From contig OY762825.2 of the NCBI GenBank assembly GCA_963666425.2, positions 2,048,001 to 2,112,000 of the forward strand: DNA of 64,000 nt, in the 5' to 3' direction. The position numbers were made by a program, and so were the translations under genes. This DNA is from Bacillota bacterium. Lineage in GTDB: Bacteria > Bacillota > JAAYKD01. This document shows, one piece after another, positions 9,869-19,770 of the stretch; positions within the stretch are counted from its first letter, which is position 1, and every line of letters starts with the position of its first letter. The notes beneath the pieces were generated by a model, which was given only the letters and a program-made list of their open reading frames with translations, did not search any database and was not told the DNA's origin.

Positions 9869-12097
9869 ATGGCGACGAGTTTTTGGCAGCTGATTCAAAC
9901 GCATAAAATCGTGATCCCCAAACTGCAGCGCGATTACGCCCAGGGCCGCGATTCCAGCAAGATCGCCGCGATTCGGGAAAATATCCTGACTGCGATTTGT
10001 GATGCCCTGCAAGGCAAGACAAAACCGCTGGAATTGGATTTTATTTACGGCTATACCAATCAAAGCAAAAACGGTGAGAAGGAGCGTAAAATCTTTTATC
10101 CGTTGGACGGACAACAGCGCTTAACCACCTTATTTTTGCTGCACTGGTATATCGCAGCCAAAGAAGGTTATGGCGAGGTTGCCGCTCCTGTTTTAGCAAA
10201 ATTCACTTACGAAACCAGGCACAGCTCCGGTTTGTTTTGTTCCGAATTGGTTAATTATCAGCCGCAGAGTTTTTCGGAATCGATCCGCAGCGATATCATC
10301 AATCAGCCCTGGTTTTTTACTGCCTGGGAAAATGATCCGACCATCCGCTCGATGTTGATCATGCTGGATGCAATTCAGATAAAAGTGTCCGCCTATCATT
10401 TGGCTAAGGTATGGCCTTTGCTGACCGCGGCCAAAGCGCCGGTTTTCTTCTATTTGCTGCCCATGGAGCAGCTCGGTCTGCCGGATGATTTATACATTAA
10501 AATGAATTCTCGGGGCAAAGAACTGACCGAGTTTGAATATTTCAAGATTCGCTTCGCCGAGCTGCTCAGCCAAAACAGCAAGAAATTTACGGTGGACCCG
10601 GCGAAAACCTTCACGCGCAAAGCGGATTTGGATTGGTCCGATTTATTTTGGAACCTCTACCGACAGGACGAACTGACGGACATTGCCAAGCAAGTGGATG
10701 AGGGTTTTCTGCGCTTTTTTCGCTACATCACCGATCTCATCGTAGTAAAAAGCAACCGAAGCCAAGAAGAGAGCGCGGAGGAGTGGCAGCTTTTTGCGCA
10801 AGTTTATGCCGTCAAAGAGAATGTGGAGTTTCTTTTTGCCGTGCTGGATGCTTTTGTGGCCCTGGAGCAACGGGATCCGGTCTTTTTCACCTCGCTGTTC
10901 ACGGTGGAAACCGCTGCGGAGGCAGGCGGCAAGACGCGCTTGTTCTTTTTCAATGCCGATGCCAATTTGTTGAAGAAGTGCGCCAATGTCTACGATACCG
11001 AGGAGCGCAGCAATCCCTTTTCCATGGGAGAGCAGCTGATGCTTTATGGCTGTATCGTTCACCTGCTGCAGGCGACGGTGCAATTCAAAGTCAGAATTCG
11101 TAAGCTGCGCAATCTGATTGCCAATTCCGAGGATACCATGCGCAAGGAGAACCTGGCGGCGCTGCTCAATTCCGTTGCCGAGTTGATCAGCACCGATCAT
11201 TTATCGGCAGAGACGAAATTCAATACCCGGCAGATTGCCGAGGAGAATGAGAAGGCAACCCTGATCAAGCAGCATCCCAAGTTGGCGAAACAGGTTTCTC
11301 ATTTGGAGGATCATCCTTTGCTGCAGGGTGCACTGGCGATTTTTAAGTTGGCGCCCGATCTCGGCGAATATGCCAAACAATTCGAGCGGCTTTTTGCCAG
11401 GGACTGCAATTATGATACCATCAGCTGCGCGCTGCTCACGTTTGCCGATTATTCGCAGGCGGTCGGTAAAACCAGAAGATTCGGCAATAAAAGAGAGTAT
11501 GTCTGGCGTGAATTATTCAGCCGCAGCCAAAGACGCGGCGATTATGAAAACACCCAGAAGGTGCTCTACAAACTGCTGAATGCCCTGCGGGCGAACCCTA
11601 ACCTGACAGCGGAAGAAGTGGTGAACGCCTATCTGGCTGCTTTTGCGCAGAATCCCAAAAAAGAGAAAGACTGGCGCTATTACTTTATTAAGCACAGCGA
11701 GTTCAGGTCCTTTATGGAGGGTTACTATGCCTGGAACGATGCCGCTAAACCTTATGAGTGCATGATGCTGAACAAGAAAACCATGGATGGCAGTCATTGG
11801 GATCCGTTCCTGTTGACGATGAAAAATAAACTGGGCAGTCTGGTCACGCTGGACAAGAAAGCTTCTCCCTTAAAGTATCTGAAAGGCGAGATCGAGCTGC
11901 AGATCAGCAATCTGAATGGCGGTTTCCAATTGCAGGCCGTCGGGCCGGCTAGCCATGCCCTGCTGAAAAAAATGAGCCGCTCCGGTGTGCTTACGCCAGA
12001 ATTTTTCTGTAAGATCAAACAATCCGCCGCCGGTCTGGACGAAGAAGACAGAATTGAGAAAGGCATCCGCCTGATCGAAAGTCTGAAGAAATTGTAA
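9869..12097 (+). CDS. Second DUF262-domain protein with a long uncharacterised C-terminus
   Basis: IPKLQRDYAQGR, LDFIYG, LDGQQRLTT, YIKMNSRGK; starts 2 nt after the previous stop; no HNH motif seen. Confidence 0.85.
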   Translation: MATSFWQLIQTHKIVIPKLQRDYAQGRDSSKIAAIRENILTAICDALQGKTKPLELDFIYGYTNQSKNGEKERKIFYPLDGQQRLTTLFLLHWYIAAKEGYGEVAAPVLAKFTYETRHSSGLFCSELVNYQPQSFSESIRSDIINQPWFFTAWENDPTIRSMLIMLDAIQIKVSAYHLAKVWPLLTAAKAPVFFYLLPMEQLGLPDDLYIKMNSRGKELTEFEYFKIRFAELLSQNSKKFTVDPAKTFTRKADLDWSDLFWNLYRQDELTDIAKQVDEGFLRFFRYITDLIVVKSNRSQEESAEEWQLFAQVYAVKENVEFLFAVLDAFVALEQRDPVFFTSLFTVETAAEAGGKTRLFFFNADANLLKKCANVYDTEERSNPFSMGEQLMLYGCIVHLLQATVQFKVRIRKLRNLIANSEDTMRKENLAALLNSVAELISTDHLSAETKFNTRQIAEENEKATLIKQHPKLAKQVSHLEDHPLLQGALAIFKLAPDLGEYAKQFERLFARDCNYDTISCALLTFADYSQAVGKTRRFGNKREYVWRELFSRSQRRGDYENTQKVLYKLLNALRANPNLTAEEVVNAYLAAFAQNPKKEKDWRYYFIKHSEFRSFMEGYYAWNDAAKPYECMMLNKKTMDGSHWDPFLLTMKNKLGSLVTLDKKASPLKYLKGEIELQISNLNGGFQLQAVGPASHALLKKMSRSGVLTPEFFCKIKQSAAGLDEEDRIEKGIRLIESLKKL

Positions 12098-12173
12098 AAA
12101 AGTGCAAGTCCTTTTTTTAAAGAACATTGCTTGCTCTTGAGATGGATCGCTCTGTAAAGAAGGTGAAGATCGT

Positions 12174-12650
12174 ATGGAAAAAACCAATGTCATGCGTTTG
12201 CTGGAGGCAAATAAGGTAGAATATACCCCGTATGAATACGACGCGGAGCTCACCGACGGAGAACAGGTGGCGGCTGCCGTCGGCAAAGAGCCGGAAACGG
12301 TTTTTAAAACATTAGTGACCATCGGCAGCAACAAGCAGTATTATGTTTTTGTGATTCCGGTAAATTGCACGCTCAACCTAAAAAAAGCGGCCAAAGCGGT
12401 GAAGGTGAAGAGCATTGAAATGATCAAGCAAAAAGAGCTCTTACCGTTGACCGGCTATCTGCATGGCGGTTGTTCTCCGCTTGGCATGAAAAAAGTGTTT
12501 GAGACCGTGTTGGATGAAACCGCTTGTTTGTTCGAGACGATTACCTGCAGCGCCGGGAAAAAGGGAACTCAAGTGCAATTGGCTCCGCAGGATTTGCTGC
12601 AAATGGTCAAGGGCAAATATGACGATCTCATCGAATCGCCTCAGACTTAA
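12174..12650 (+). CDS. ybaK: Cys-tRNA(Pro) deacylase YbaK/EbsC
   Basis: KTN.MR.L, VFKTLV, TGY.HGGCSP.GMKK and SAGK.G motifs. Confidence 0.93.
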   Translation: MEKTNVMRLLEANKVEYTPYEYDAELTDGEQVAAAVGKEPETVFKTLVTIGSNKQYYVFVIPVNCTLNLKKAAKAVKVKSIEMIKQKELLPLTGYLHGGCSPLGMKKVFETVLDETACLFETITCSAGKKGTQVQLAPQDLLQMVKGKYDDLIESPQT

Positions 12651-12652
12651 AA

Positions 12653-12696
12653 AAACCGACTGCCTTTTGTGAAAAGTCACAAGAGACAGTCGGTTT
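12653..12696. terminator. Bidirectional terminator-like hairpin
   Basis: AAACCGACTG...CAGTCGGTTT between convergent genes. Confidence 0.75.
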
Positions 12697-12711
12697 GCTG
12701 AGCGGGAGGAT

Positions 12712-13299
12712 TTAATAAATAGCGATCAGACCGCCTTTTTCCGGATAGCCGGTATCCCAAAGGTCGGACAGAGAAGCCAGACAGCGCTCACCCCAGGTGG
12801 AATAAACGATCTCCTCATCCGTGTAGCCGGTGATGGTGAACCAGTGCCATTCAATTTCCGAAAATGCTTCGTTCTGGTGCTTCAGCAGCAGAAATTGCAC
12901 ACTGATGCCGTTATCAATCATCTGATGGATGAATTGGCGGGCAGCATCGAGGCTTTCGTCTCCCTGCAGTTCGGCATAGGAGACCTTGACGGCGACGTTT
13001 TGGGCATATTTTTCAAAACCTTCCCGGAAAAGCCGGGTTTCCGGCATACCGCGAAAGCCCGGGAAGACATATTGATACATCGTTTTGGCAAAGACCTTGA
13101 ATTCTGTTTCTGTTATGTTCAGCCTATCGTAGGGGTAAAGGGCGGCTTTCGTCCGGTCGTGCATCGCCAGTAAGGCGGCGGCATGGCAGGCGCAGACGGT
13201 GGAACAACCGCCGCGGTTCATCATGGGGTGTAGAAATTTATATTGATTGCCACCGTAGGTGTTGCTAATATTTAAAAAATCCAGGTCTTTGCCGTTCAT
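12712..13299 (-). CDS. Hypothetical protein with a papain/C39-like cysteine peptidase signature
   Basis: GGCS (candidate catalytic Cys), WHWFTITGY (His-x4-GY) and STWG; GAGGAG RBS. Confidence 0.65.
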   Translation of the reverse strand: MNGKDLDFLNISNTYGGNQYKFLHPMMNRGGCSTVCACHAAALLAMHDRTKAALYPYDRLNITETEFKVFAKTMYQYVFPGFRGMPETRLFREGFEKYAQNVAVKVSYAELQGDESLDAARQFIHQMIDNGISVQFLLLKHQNEAFSEIEWHWFTITGYTDEEIVYSTWGERCLASLSDLWDTGYPEKGGLIAIY

Positions 13300-13727
13300 T
13301 TTTTCTCCTCTGCTGTATCGAAACAAGATTCTCTGAAAGAACACAAGTATTCCTGAAAAGCTTTCGCCGTTCAGTCAAACATTTTGATAGACGACATTCA
13401 TTATAAAAGAAAATGTGAGAATCAGCAAGAGGTAAGATCAAATCATTTTGTAATATTTTCATACTGGAAATATTCCTGTTATTCCGCTCAAGCCAGGGGT
13501 TACTATGACCATAAACGGGATCGTTGCAGAGTAGAAAGAGATATTCTACAGAATCTGTAAGTTCCGGAACCTGGGATGAAAGACAAGAAAAAATCGCCTC
13601 AACGTGCAATGAAATCACGATGAGACAATTCCAATTAGTTTTTTATTGCATTGCACCAGAACGATTTATTCTTGATCTTTTAATTCAAGTAACGGAAGTC
13701 AAGCAAGTCTTTACTCCCCTAATTTGA

Positions 13728-13762
13728 AGGGCTGTAGCAAAACCAAAAATTGCTGCAGCCCT
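13728..13762. repeat. Hairpin AGGGCTGTAGCAA-N9-TTGCTGCAGCCCT
   Basis: Inverted repeat whose 5' arm matches the start of the 2553/3432 repeats. Confidence 0.65.
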
Positions 13763-13850
13763 CGCATTAGAACCTGCTCTTACGGCGGCAGGGCACTGAA
13801 TATTACCAAATTAACAGACCGATCTAAAAAGTAAAGCTCCCTGTAAGGAT

Positions 13851-14036
13851 CTATTTATCCTCAGAAGGTGGAGATGTAAAAAAATAACAGAACAAGAATC
13901 CTAATGGACCAGATAGGGACAATAGGATAAGAGTGATTGGATTTTTAATCTTACTGACTCTTGTTGCTTGTAAAAAAGCAAATATTCCGAAAACAATCCA
14001 AATAGTGAATCCGGTGAGGGTATCTTCTAATGACAT
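13851..14036 (-). CDS. Small two-TM membrane protein (61 aa)
   Basis: Strong AAAGGAGG RBS; two hydrophobic helices, GPLG motif. Confidence 0.65.
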   Translation of the reverse strand: MSLEDTLTGFTIWIVFGIFAFLQATRVSKIKNPITLILLSLSGPLGFLFCYFFTSPPSEDK

Positions 14037-14467
14037 AATAGCTGCTTCCTCCTTTCTGCTTTTTTCGGTATTCTATTTTTATATTTATATGTTTTTGTGC
14101 CATCCGTGACACAGATTTGCTATCTAGTTTCACTGACTCGCCCGGTAGTTCAGGTGGTAAATCATGAGGAACAGACTTTGCTGCGAATCTCAAACCCTTC
14201 TCAATAATACAATAATTACCATAATTTCAATTATCTGTATCTTAGCACATAAAGTAAAAATTTCAAGTATTAATCAAAATAAATATAGATGGAGTTCAGT
14301 TAATTGGTATCTCTATGACGTGGATAGATATGAAATCTTCTTTCTTGTGATGTTTTTTGCACAAATGATAAAGTGTCGGTTTTTTACTGGTATCAGAATT
14401 CACTTTATAGTATAATCAGTAAAAAAGAAAAGCTGAAACTGGCTAGTTTTAGTTTAAGGGGGATTTT

Positions 14468-15193
14468 ATGATGAACAAATTTCGGATTGAACCGGCATTC
14501 TGGCAGCTATTCCCGCAATGTGAGATTGGTGTGGTAGTGCTGCATGGCATCAATAACAGCGAAGAAGGCTGTGAGCCTGTGCGTCCTGAGATGATCGAGC
14601 AGTTGGAAAAAGCGAACCTCGAAGCAAAAAAATATTTAACCGAAGCGGTGTTCAGCCAAAATCAAGTCGTGGCGGTTTGGCGCCAGGCGTTTACGCAGTT
14701 CAAAACTAAGAAAGGAGCCCGTTCTTCCATTGAAGCGCTCCTGAAACGCATCGAAAAAGGCAATGAAGTGGGTTTGATTAATCCCTTGGTTGATCTTTAT
14801 AACACGGTATCGCTGCGCTATGGTTTGCCCTGCGGCGGTGAGGATCTCGATTGCTTCGTCGGTGATTTACGCCTGACAGTCACAGCCGGCAACGATGTCT
14901 TTTTGGCGCTGGGTGATGAAGAGAGCGATCTAACCCTGCCGGGGGAAGTCTGCTATCTGGACGAGGAAGGCGCGGTCTGCCGCTGCTGGAATTGGCGCGA
15001 CGGTCAGCGCACGATGCTGACAGAAGACACGCAAAATGCCATTTTGGTGATTGAATCGGTCGATCCCAGCCGTCATCCGGATCTCTTGGCAGCAGTGGAT
15101 TTTCTGGCAAAGACAGCAGTGCAGTATTTGGGCGGCAAAGCTTCTACCAAGATTTTAACGCGGGAAGCTGCCGAATTTGATTTAGCCGATTAA
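14468..15193 (+). CDS. Stand-alone B3/B4 (PheRS beta editing-like) domain protein
   Basis: R.S.EAL.KR, INPLVDLYN.VS, GGEDLD and CRCWNWRD motifs. Confidence 0.92.
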   Translation: MMNKFRIEPAFWQLFPQCEIGVVVLHGINNSEEGCEPVRPEMIEQLEKANLEAKKYLTEAVFSQNQVVAVWRQAFTQFKTKKGARSSIEALLKRIEKGNEVGLINPLVDLYNTVSLRYGLPCGGEDLDCFVGDLRLTVTAGNDVFLALGDEESDLTLPGEVCYLDEEGAVCRCWNWRDGQRTMLTEDTQNAILVIESVDPSRHPDLLAAVDFLAKTAVQYLGGKASTKILTREAAEFDLAD

Positions 15194-15375
15194 ACCTGCA
15201 CGTGAAAAACACGAAAAATCCGAATGGTTCCGGACGGACGCTCTCTTTTCTTGAGGAGCGGCTGGTGGGAATTCGTCCGGATTTTTTTGTAGCCGAAAGG
15301 ATTTATTCCCTCAAACGACAAATAATAATAGTAGGTTTATTGCAAAGAATCTGTAGGAGAGAGGTGTTCTTGAAA

Positions 15376-16644
15376 ATGGAGATTCAAAAATTAGCGCAGG
15401 AACAATTTGATTACATGGTAAAACACCGGCGTCATCTGCATACCCATCCAGAGATGTCTGGCAAAGAATTCGAAACGGTTCAGTACATCATGCAAGAGCT
15501 GAGGGCTTTGCAGATTCCCTCCATTGAAGTAGAAAACGGCGGTGTGCTTGGTTTTATCAAAGGCACGCGCCTCGGTAAAACCGTTTTGCTGCGTGCCGAC
15601 GTGGATGCTTTGCCCATTCAGGAGCCAAAAGTCAACCTGAAGGCAGAACGGGTTTGCATCAGCCAGAATGACGGCGTGATGCATGCCTGCGGGCACGACG
15701 CACATACCTCCATGCTGCTGGGAGCAGCAAAAATTCTCAATCTGCATAGAGATGAGATCAAAGGTGAAGTCCTGCTCGTTTTTGAACGCGGCGAAGAAGC
15801 GGCCGGCAACATTCGTCAAATCATGCACTATATGGAAGATCACGAGATTACCTGGGACGGTGCCTGGGGTCTGCATTGCTTCCAGGATATGCCGACCGGC
15901 ACTCTGGGTATTCGCGCCGGCGGCAGCATGGCAGGTTCGCTTGTCTTCCGCTATAAGATCACCGGTGAAGGCGGTCACGGTTCCCGTCCGGATCTTTCCA
16001 AGAGCCCCATCGACTGCATGCTGGCGGTACTCGACGATTTATACAAAGCTCCCATGAAATATACCAATCCGTTTGAACCGTTTACCTTATCCATCGGTCT
16101 GATTCAAGCCGGAACGGTGCAAAATGTGATTCCCGATACGGCGGAATTTGCCGGTACGGCGCGTTTCTTTGACGAAGAGAAATCGGCGCTGCCTTTCTTA
16201 AAGCATATGGCCGAGAGCGCAGAAGCTTACAGCAAGCTCTATGACTGCAAGATCGATTATACGGTCCGGCATGGTAAGCCGCTGATTAATCAACCGGATG
16301 CAACCCGGCTTGCTTGGGATGCAATTTCGGCTGTCGTCGGCGCCGATCATGTGGTGGAAGGCATGCCCGCCATGGGTTCCGAAAGCTTCCCGGCTTACGC
16401 CAACTATGCGCCGGCTTGTTTCGGCAAACTGGGCATTGCCAATCCTGAAGTGGGCAGCGGTGCGGAGATTCATAACCAGTTCTTTGATATCGATGAGAAG
16501 GCCATGATCAACGGCGCGGCCGCTACCATCGCGTTTGCCTTAGCCTTTCTCAACAGTGAAACAGTCATCCCGTTCACACCTTTTGCCGGCAATGTGACCG
16601 ATTACTATGCCGAGAGTTTAAAAGAGGTGCATTTTGGTGAATAA
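15376..16644 (+). CDS. M20D family amidohydrolase
   Basis: RR.LH.HPE.SG.E, RADVDALP, HACGHD, GGHGSRP and GSESF motifs. Confidence 0.92.
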   Translation: MEIQKLAQEQFDYMVKHRRHLHTHPEMSGKEFETVQYIMQELRALQIPSIEVENGGVLGFIKGTRLGKTVLLRADVDALPIQEPKVNLKAERVCISQNDGVMHACGHDAHTSMLLGAAKILNLHRDEIKGEVLLVFERGEEAAGNIRQIMHYMEDHEITWDGAWGLHCFQDMPTGTLGIRAGGSMAGSLVFRYKITGEGGHGSRPDLSKSPIDCMLAVLDDLYKAPMKYTNPFEPFTLSIGLIQAGTVQNVIPDTAEFAGTARFFDEEKSALPFLKHMAESAEAYSKLYDCKIDYTVRHGKPLINQPDATRLAWDAISAVVGADHVVEGMPAMGSESFPAYANYAPACFGKLGIANPEVGSGAEIHNQFFDIDEKAMINGAAATIAFALAFLNSETVIPFTPFAGNVTDYYAESLKEVHFGE

Positions 16645-18130
16645 CGCAACGCTACTGGCCCAATTTAAGCAATACCAGGAACAAATGGCTGCTTACAATT
16701 TCATGCGTTTTCACATCAGCTGGGACGCTTCTACCCGAGCACCGCAAGCCAGCGGTGCTTACCGCAGCAAGATGCTGGGGATTTTAAGCGGCGATCATTT
16801 TGCTTACTGCATGCAGCCGGCTATGATCAGTCTGCTGGAGACGGTCAGTCAGCTCAGCGATATCGATCCGCTGCTGCAAAAATCGGCTGCCAAGTATCTG
16901 CGCGAAACCAACAAAATCCGAAAAATCCCGCAGGCGGAGTTTGTGGCGCATCAGCAGGATCTGTCTTTGGCGTCTTCCGCCTGGGAAGAAGCGAAGAAAA
17001 CTAACAATTACGCCCTGTTTGCGCCTTATCTGGCTAAGTTGATCGAGTACGATAAACGCGTGGTGGAATACCGTGGTTACAGTGAGCATCCCTATAATAC
17101 GCTGCTGGATGATTACGAAGCAGGCATGACCATCACGAAATACGATGCTTTTTTCAATGCCCTGCGCGCCGAATTGGTGCCGTTTGCGAAAAAAGTCCAG
17201 GCAGAGGGCCGCAAGATCGACGACAGCCCGCTGTATCAGTTTTATCCCAAAGCCAAACAGCGCGAATTCTTAGTTTATCTGGCCGGCGTGCTGCGCTATG
17301 ATCTCAATCGCGGCGGCATCAGTCAATCGATGCATCCCTTTACCAGCGGCGCTTCGCGGGACGATGTGCGGATGACTGCGCGTTATCTGGAAAACTACTT
17401 GCCCGCTTCCATTTTCTTGGGTATGCATGAAATGGGACATGCTTTGCACGGGCAGCAGATTGATCCGCGCCTCGACGCGAGTAATTTGGATTTCGGCGGC
17501 TGCGGTCTGGGCGAATCACAGTCACGTTTTTATGAAAATTATATCGGCCGCAGCCACGCCTTTTGGCAGCGACACTTTGGCAAACTGCAGAATCTTTTCC
17601 CGGAACAGTTGGCAGACTTGAATCCCGATTCCTTCTGGTGTTTGGTCAATCGCAGCAAACCGGGCCTGATTCGCCTTGATGCCGATGAATTGACCTATCC
17701 GCTGCATATCATGGTGCGTTATGAACTGGAACGGGAAATTTTCTCCGGTGAGGTTGACGTTCGTCAGCTGCCGCAGAAGTGGAATGACAAAATGGAAGCC
17801 TATCTGGGCGTGCGTCCACAAACCGACAGCGAGGGCATCCTGCAGGATTCTCACTGGTCCGGCGGCAGTTTTGGTTATTTCCCCACCTACGCCCTGGGTA
17901 CCGCCTACGGCGCGCAATTTTACCATACCATGCTCAAATCGGTCGATCTGGAACGGGAAATTGCCAATGACCGCATGGAAAATGTCAATGCCTGGCTGAA
18001 AGAAGAGATCCATCAATATGGCGGTTTGCTTGAACCGGATGAATTGATGCAAAAAGTGACCGGCGAGTCGTTTGATCCCAAGTATTTCATTGAATACATC
18101 AAGGATAAATTCAGCAAAATTTATTTTTAA
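16634..18130 (+). CDS. M32 carboxypeptidase (Taq-type), paralog 1
   Basis: HPF, DVRMT, HEMGH, ESQS, IRLDADE, GILQDSHW and YFPTYALG motifs. Confidence 0.93.
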   Translation: MVNNATLLAQFKQYQEQMAAYNFMRFHISWDASTRAPQASGAYRSKMLGILSGDHFAYCMQPAMISLLETVSQLSDIDPLLQKSAAKYLRETNKIRKIPQAEFVAHQQDLSLASSAWEEAKKTNNYALFAPYLAKLIEYDKRVVEYRGYSEHPYNTLLDDYEAGMTITKYDAFFNALRAELVPFAKKVQAEGRKIDDSPLYQFYPKAKQREFLVYLAGVLRYDLNRGGISQSMHPFTSGASRDDVRMTARYLENYLPASIFLGMHEMGHALHGQQIDPRLDASNLDFGGCGLGESQSRFYENYIGRSHAFWQRHFGKLQNLFPEQLADLNPDSFWCLVNRSKPGLIRLDADELTYPLHIMVRYELEREIFSGEVDVRQLPQKWNDKMEAYLGVRPQTDSEGILQDSHWSGGSFGYFPTYALGTAYGAQFYHTMLKSVDLEREIANDRMENVNAWLKEEIHQYGGLLEPDELMQKVTGESFDPKYFIEYIKDKFSKIYF

Positions 18131-18188
18131 GACAAAAGTCAAAGCGATTTTGCCAGAAAACAATCAAAAAGAAAGAGGTGCGTCAGAA

Positions 18189-19682
18189 ATGGACAAGGAA
18201 GTCACGTTAAAACAGTTCCATGAATATCAAAACAGAATGGCAGCCTTCCGTTTTGCTATGTTCCACATCAGTTGGGATGCTTCCACGGCAGCGCCGCCGA
18301 TGTCGGCAGCTTACCGCGGCAAGATGCTGGGTATTTTAAGCAAAGATAATTTTTCCATGCAGCGCGACCCCAAGAATATCGCCATGCTGGAAGCCGTCAG
18401 CCAAATGACGGAGATCGATCCGCTTGATCAATTTGCCGCCGCCAAAATGCTGAAAGAGATCAACAAGAACGCCAAGATCCCACAGGAGGAAATGGTCGCC
18501 CGTCAGCAGGACAATGCCATGGCCAAAAAGGTCTGGGAAGAAGCCAAAAAGAAAAACGATTTTGCCATGTTTGCACCATATCTTGCCAAAAACATTGAGC
18601 ACAATAAGATTTCTGCCGAATACCGCGGCTATGTCGGACATCCTTATAACACGCTGCTGGATGATTTCGAAGAAGGCATGAACATGGAGCGCTATGATGC
18701 TTTCTTTGGTCTGCTGCGCGCGGAGTTGGTCCCTTTTACCAAGAAGATTCAGGCAGAAGGCAAAAAAATCGACGACAGTGCGTTGTATCAATATTATTCC
18801 AAAGCCGATCAGCGCAAGTTTTTGGAATATCTCGCCGGCGTCTTGCGTTATGATTTAAACCGCGGTGTGATCAGCGAATCCGCTCATCCGTTCACCAGCG
18901 GCGCTTCCTATAACGACATGCGCGTGACCGCCCGCTACCTGGAGCATTATCTGCCGGCTTCTGTTTTCTTGGGAATGCACGAGATGGGCCATGCCATTCA
19001 CTCGCAGCAAGGCGATCCCGCTCAGGAAGGCCGCATGATCGGTGGTGCCGGCATGGGTATCGGCGAATCACAGTCGCGTTTCTATGAAAACTATATCGGC
19101 CGCAGTCACGCCTTCTGGCAGCGTCATTTCTATAAGCTGCAGAACATTTTCCCGCAGCAGCTGGCCGCTTACGATCCGGAATCCTTCTACCAGATGGCAA
19201 ACCGCACCAAACCGGGCCTGATCCGTCTCGATGCGGATGAGCTGACTTATCCGATGCACATCATGGTTCGTTATGAACTGGAACGTCAAATCATGTCCGG
19301 TGAGATTGAGATCATGCAGCTGCCCAAGCTGTGGAACGACAAGATGGAGGAATACCTTGGCGTGCGTCCGCAGAACGACAGCGAAGGCATCCTGCAGGAT
19401 ACCCATTGGGCCAACGGTTCCTTTGGTTATTTCCCCACCTACGCACTGGGCACCGCTTACGGCGCCCAATTCTTCCATGCGCTCTGCCAGGAAGTGGATG
19501 TGGAAAAAGAAATCGCCAACGACCGCATGCAGACGATCAACGCCTGGCTGCGGGAAAAGATTCATCGCCATGGCGGCTTATTGACGCCGGATGAATTGAT
19601 GATCAATGCCAGCGGCGAATCCTTTGATCCGCATTATTTTGTCAACTACCTGAAAGAAAAATACAGCAAGATCTATTTCTAG
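18189..19682 (+). CDS. M32 carboxypeptidase (Taq-type), paralog 2
   Basis: Same M32 motifs; colinear with the upstream gene; AGAGGTG RBS. Confidence 0.93.
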   Translation: MDKEVTLKQFHEYQNRMAAFRFAMFHISWDASTAAPPMSAAYRGKMLGILSKDNFSMQRDPKNIAMLEAVSQMTEIDPLDQFAAAKMLKEINKNAKIPQEEMVARQQDNAMAKKVWEEAKKKNDFAMFAPYLAKNIEHNKISAEYRGYVGHPYNTLLDDFEEGMNMERYDAFFGLLRAELVPFTKKIQAEGKKIDDSALYQYYSKADQRKFLEYLAGVLRYDLNRGVISESAHPFTSGASYNDMRVTARYLEHYLPASVFLGMHEMGHAIHSQQGDPAQEGRMIGGAGMGIGESQSRFYENYIGRSHAFWQRHFYKLQNIFPQQLAAYDPESFYQMANRTKPGLIRLDADELTYPMHIMVRYELERQIMSGEIEIMQLPKLWNDKMEEYLGVRPQNDSEGILQDTHWANGSFGYFPTYALGTAYGAQFFHALCQEVDVEKEIANDRMQTINAWLREKIHRHGGLLTPDELMINASGESFDPHYFVNYLKEKYSKIYF

Positions 19683-19696
19683 GCTGTTATCACAAC

Positions 19697-19728
19697 GAAG
19701 GGGATGCGAGACGATTGCGTCCCCTTTT
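19697..19728 (+). terminator. Intrinsic terminator
   Basis: AAGGGGATGCGA...TGCGTCCCCTTTTT. Confidence 0.7.
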
Positions 19729-19770
19729 TGGCAACAAAACAAGAGTGCAGCAAGCAAAAGGAGGTCAATT

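Noticed and set aside
14282-14325. Fluoride-riboswitch-like GATGGAGTTC motif
   Set aside because: The P1 stem and the pseudoknot partner are absent, and the downstream gene is not fluoride-related.
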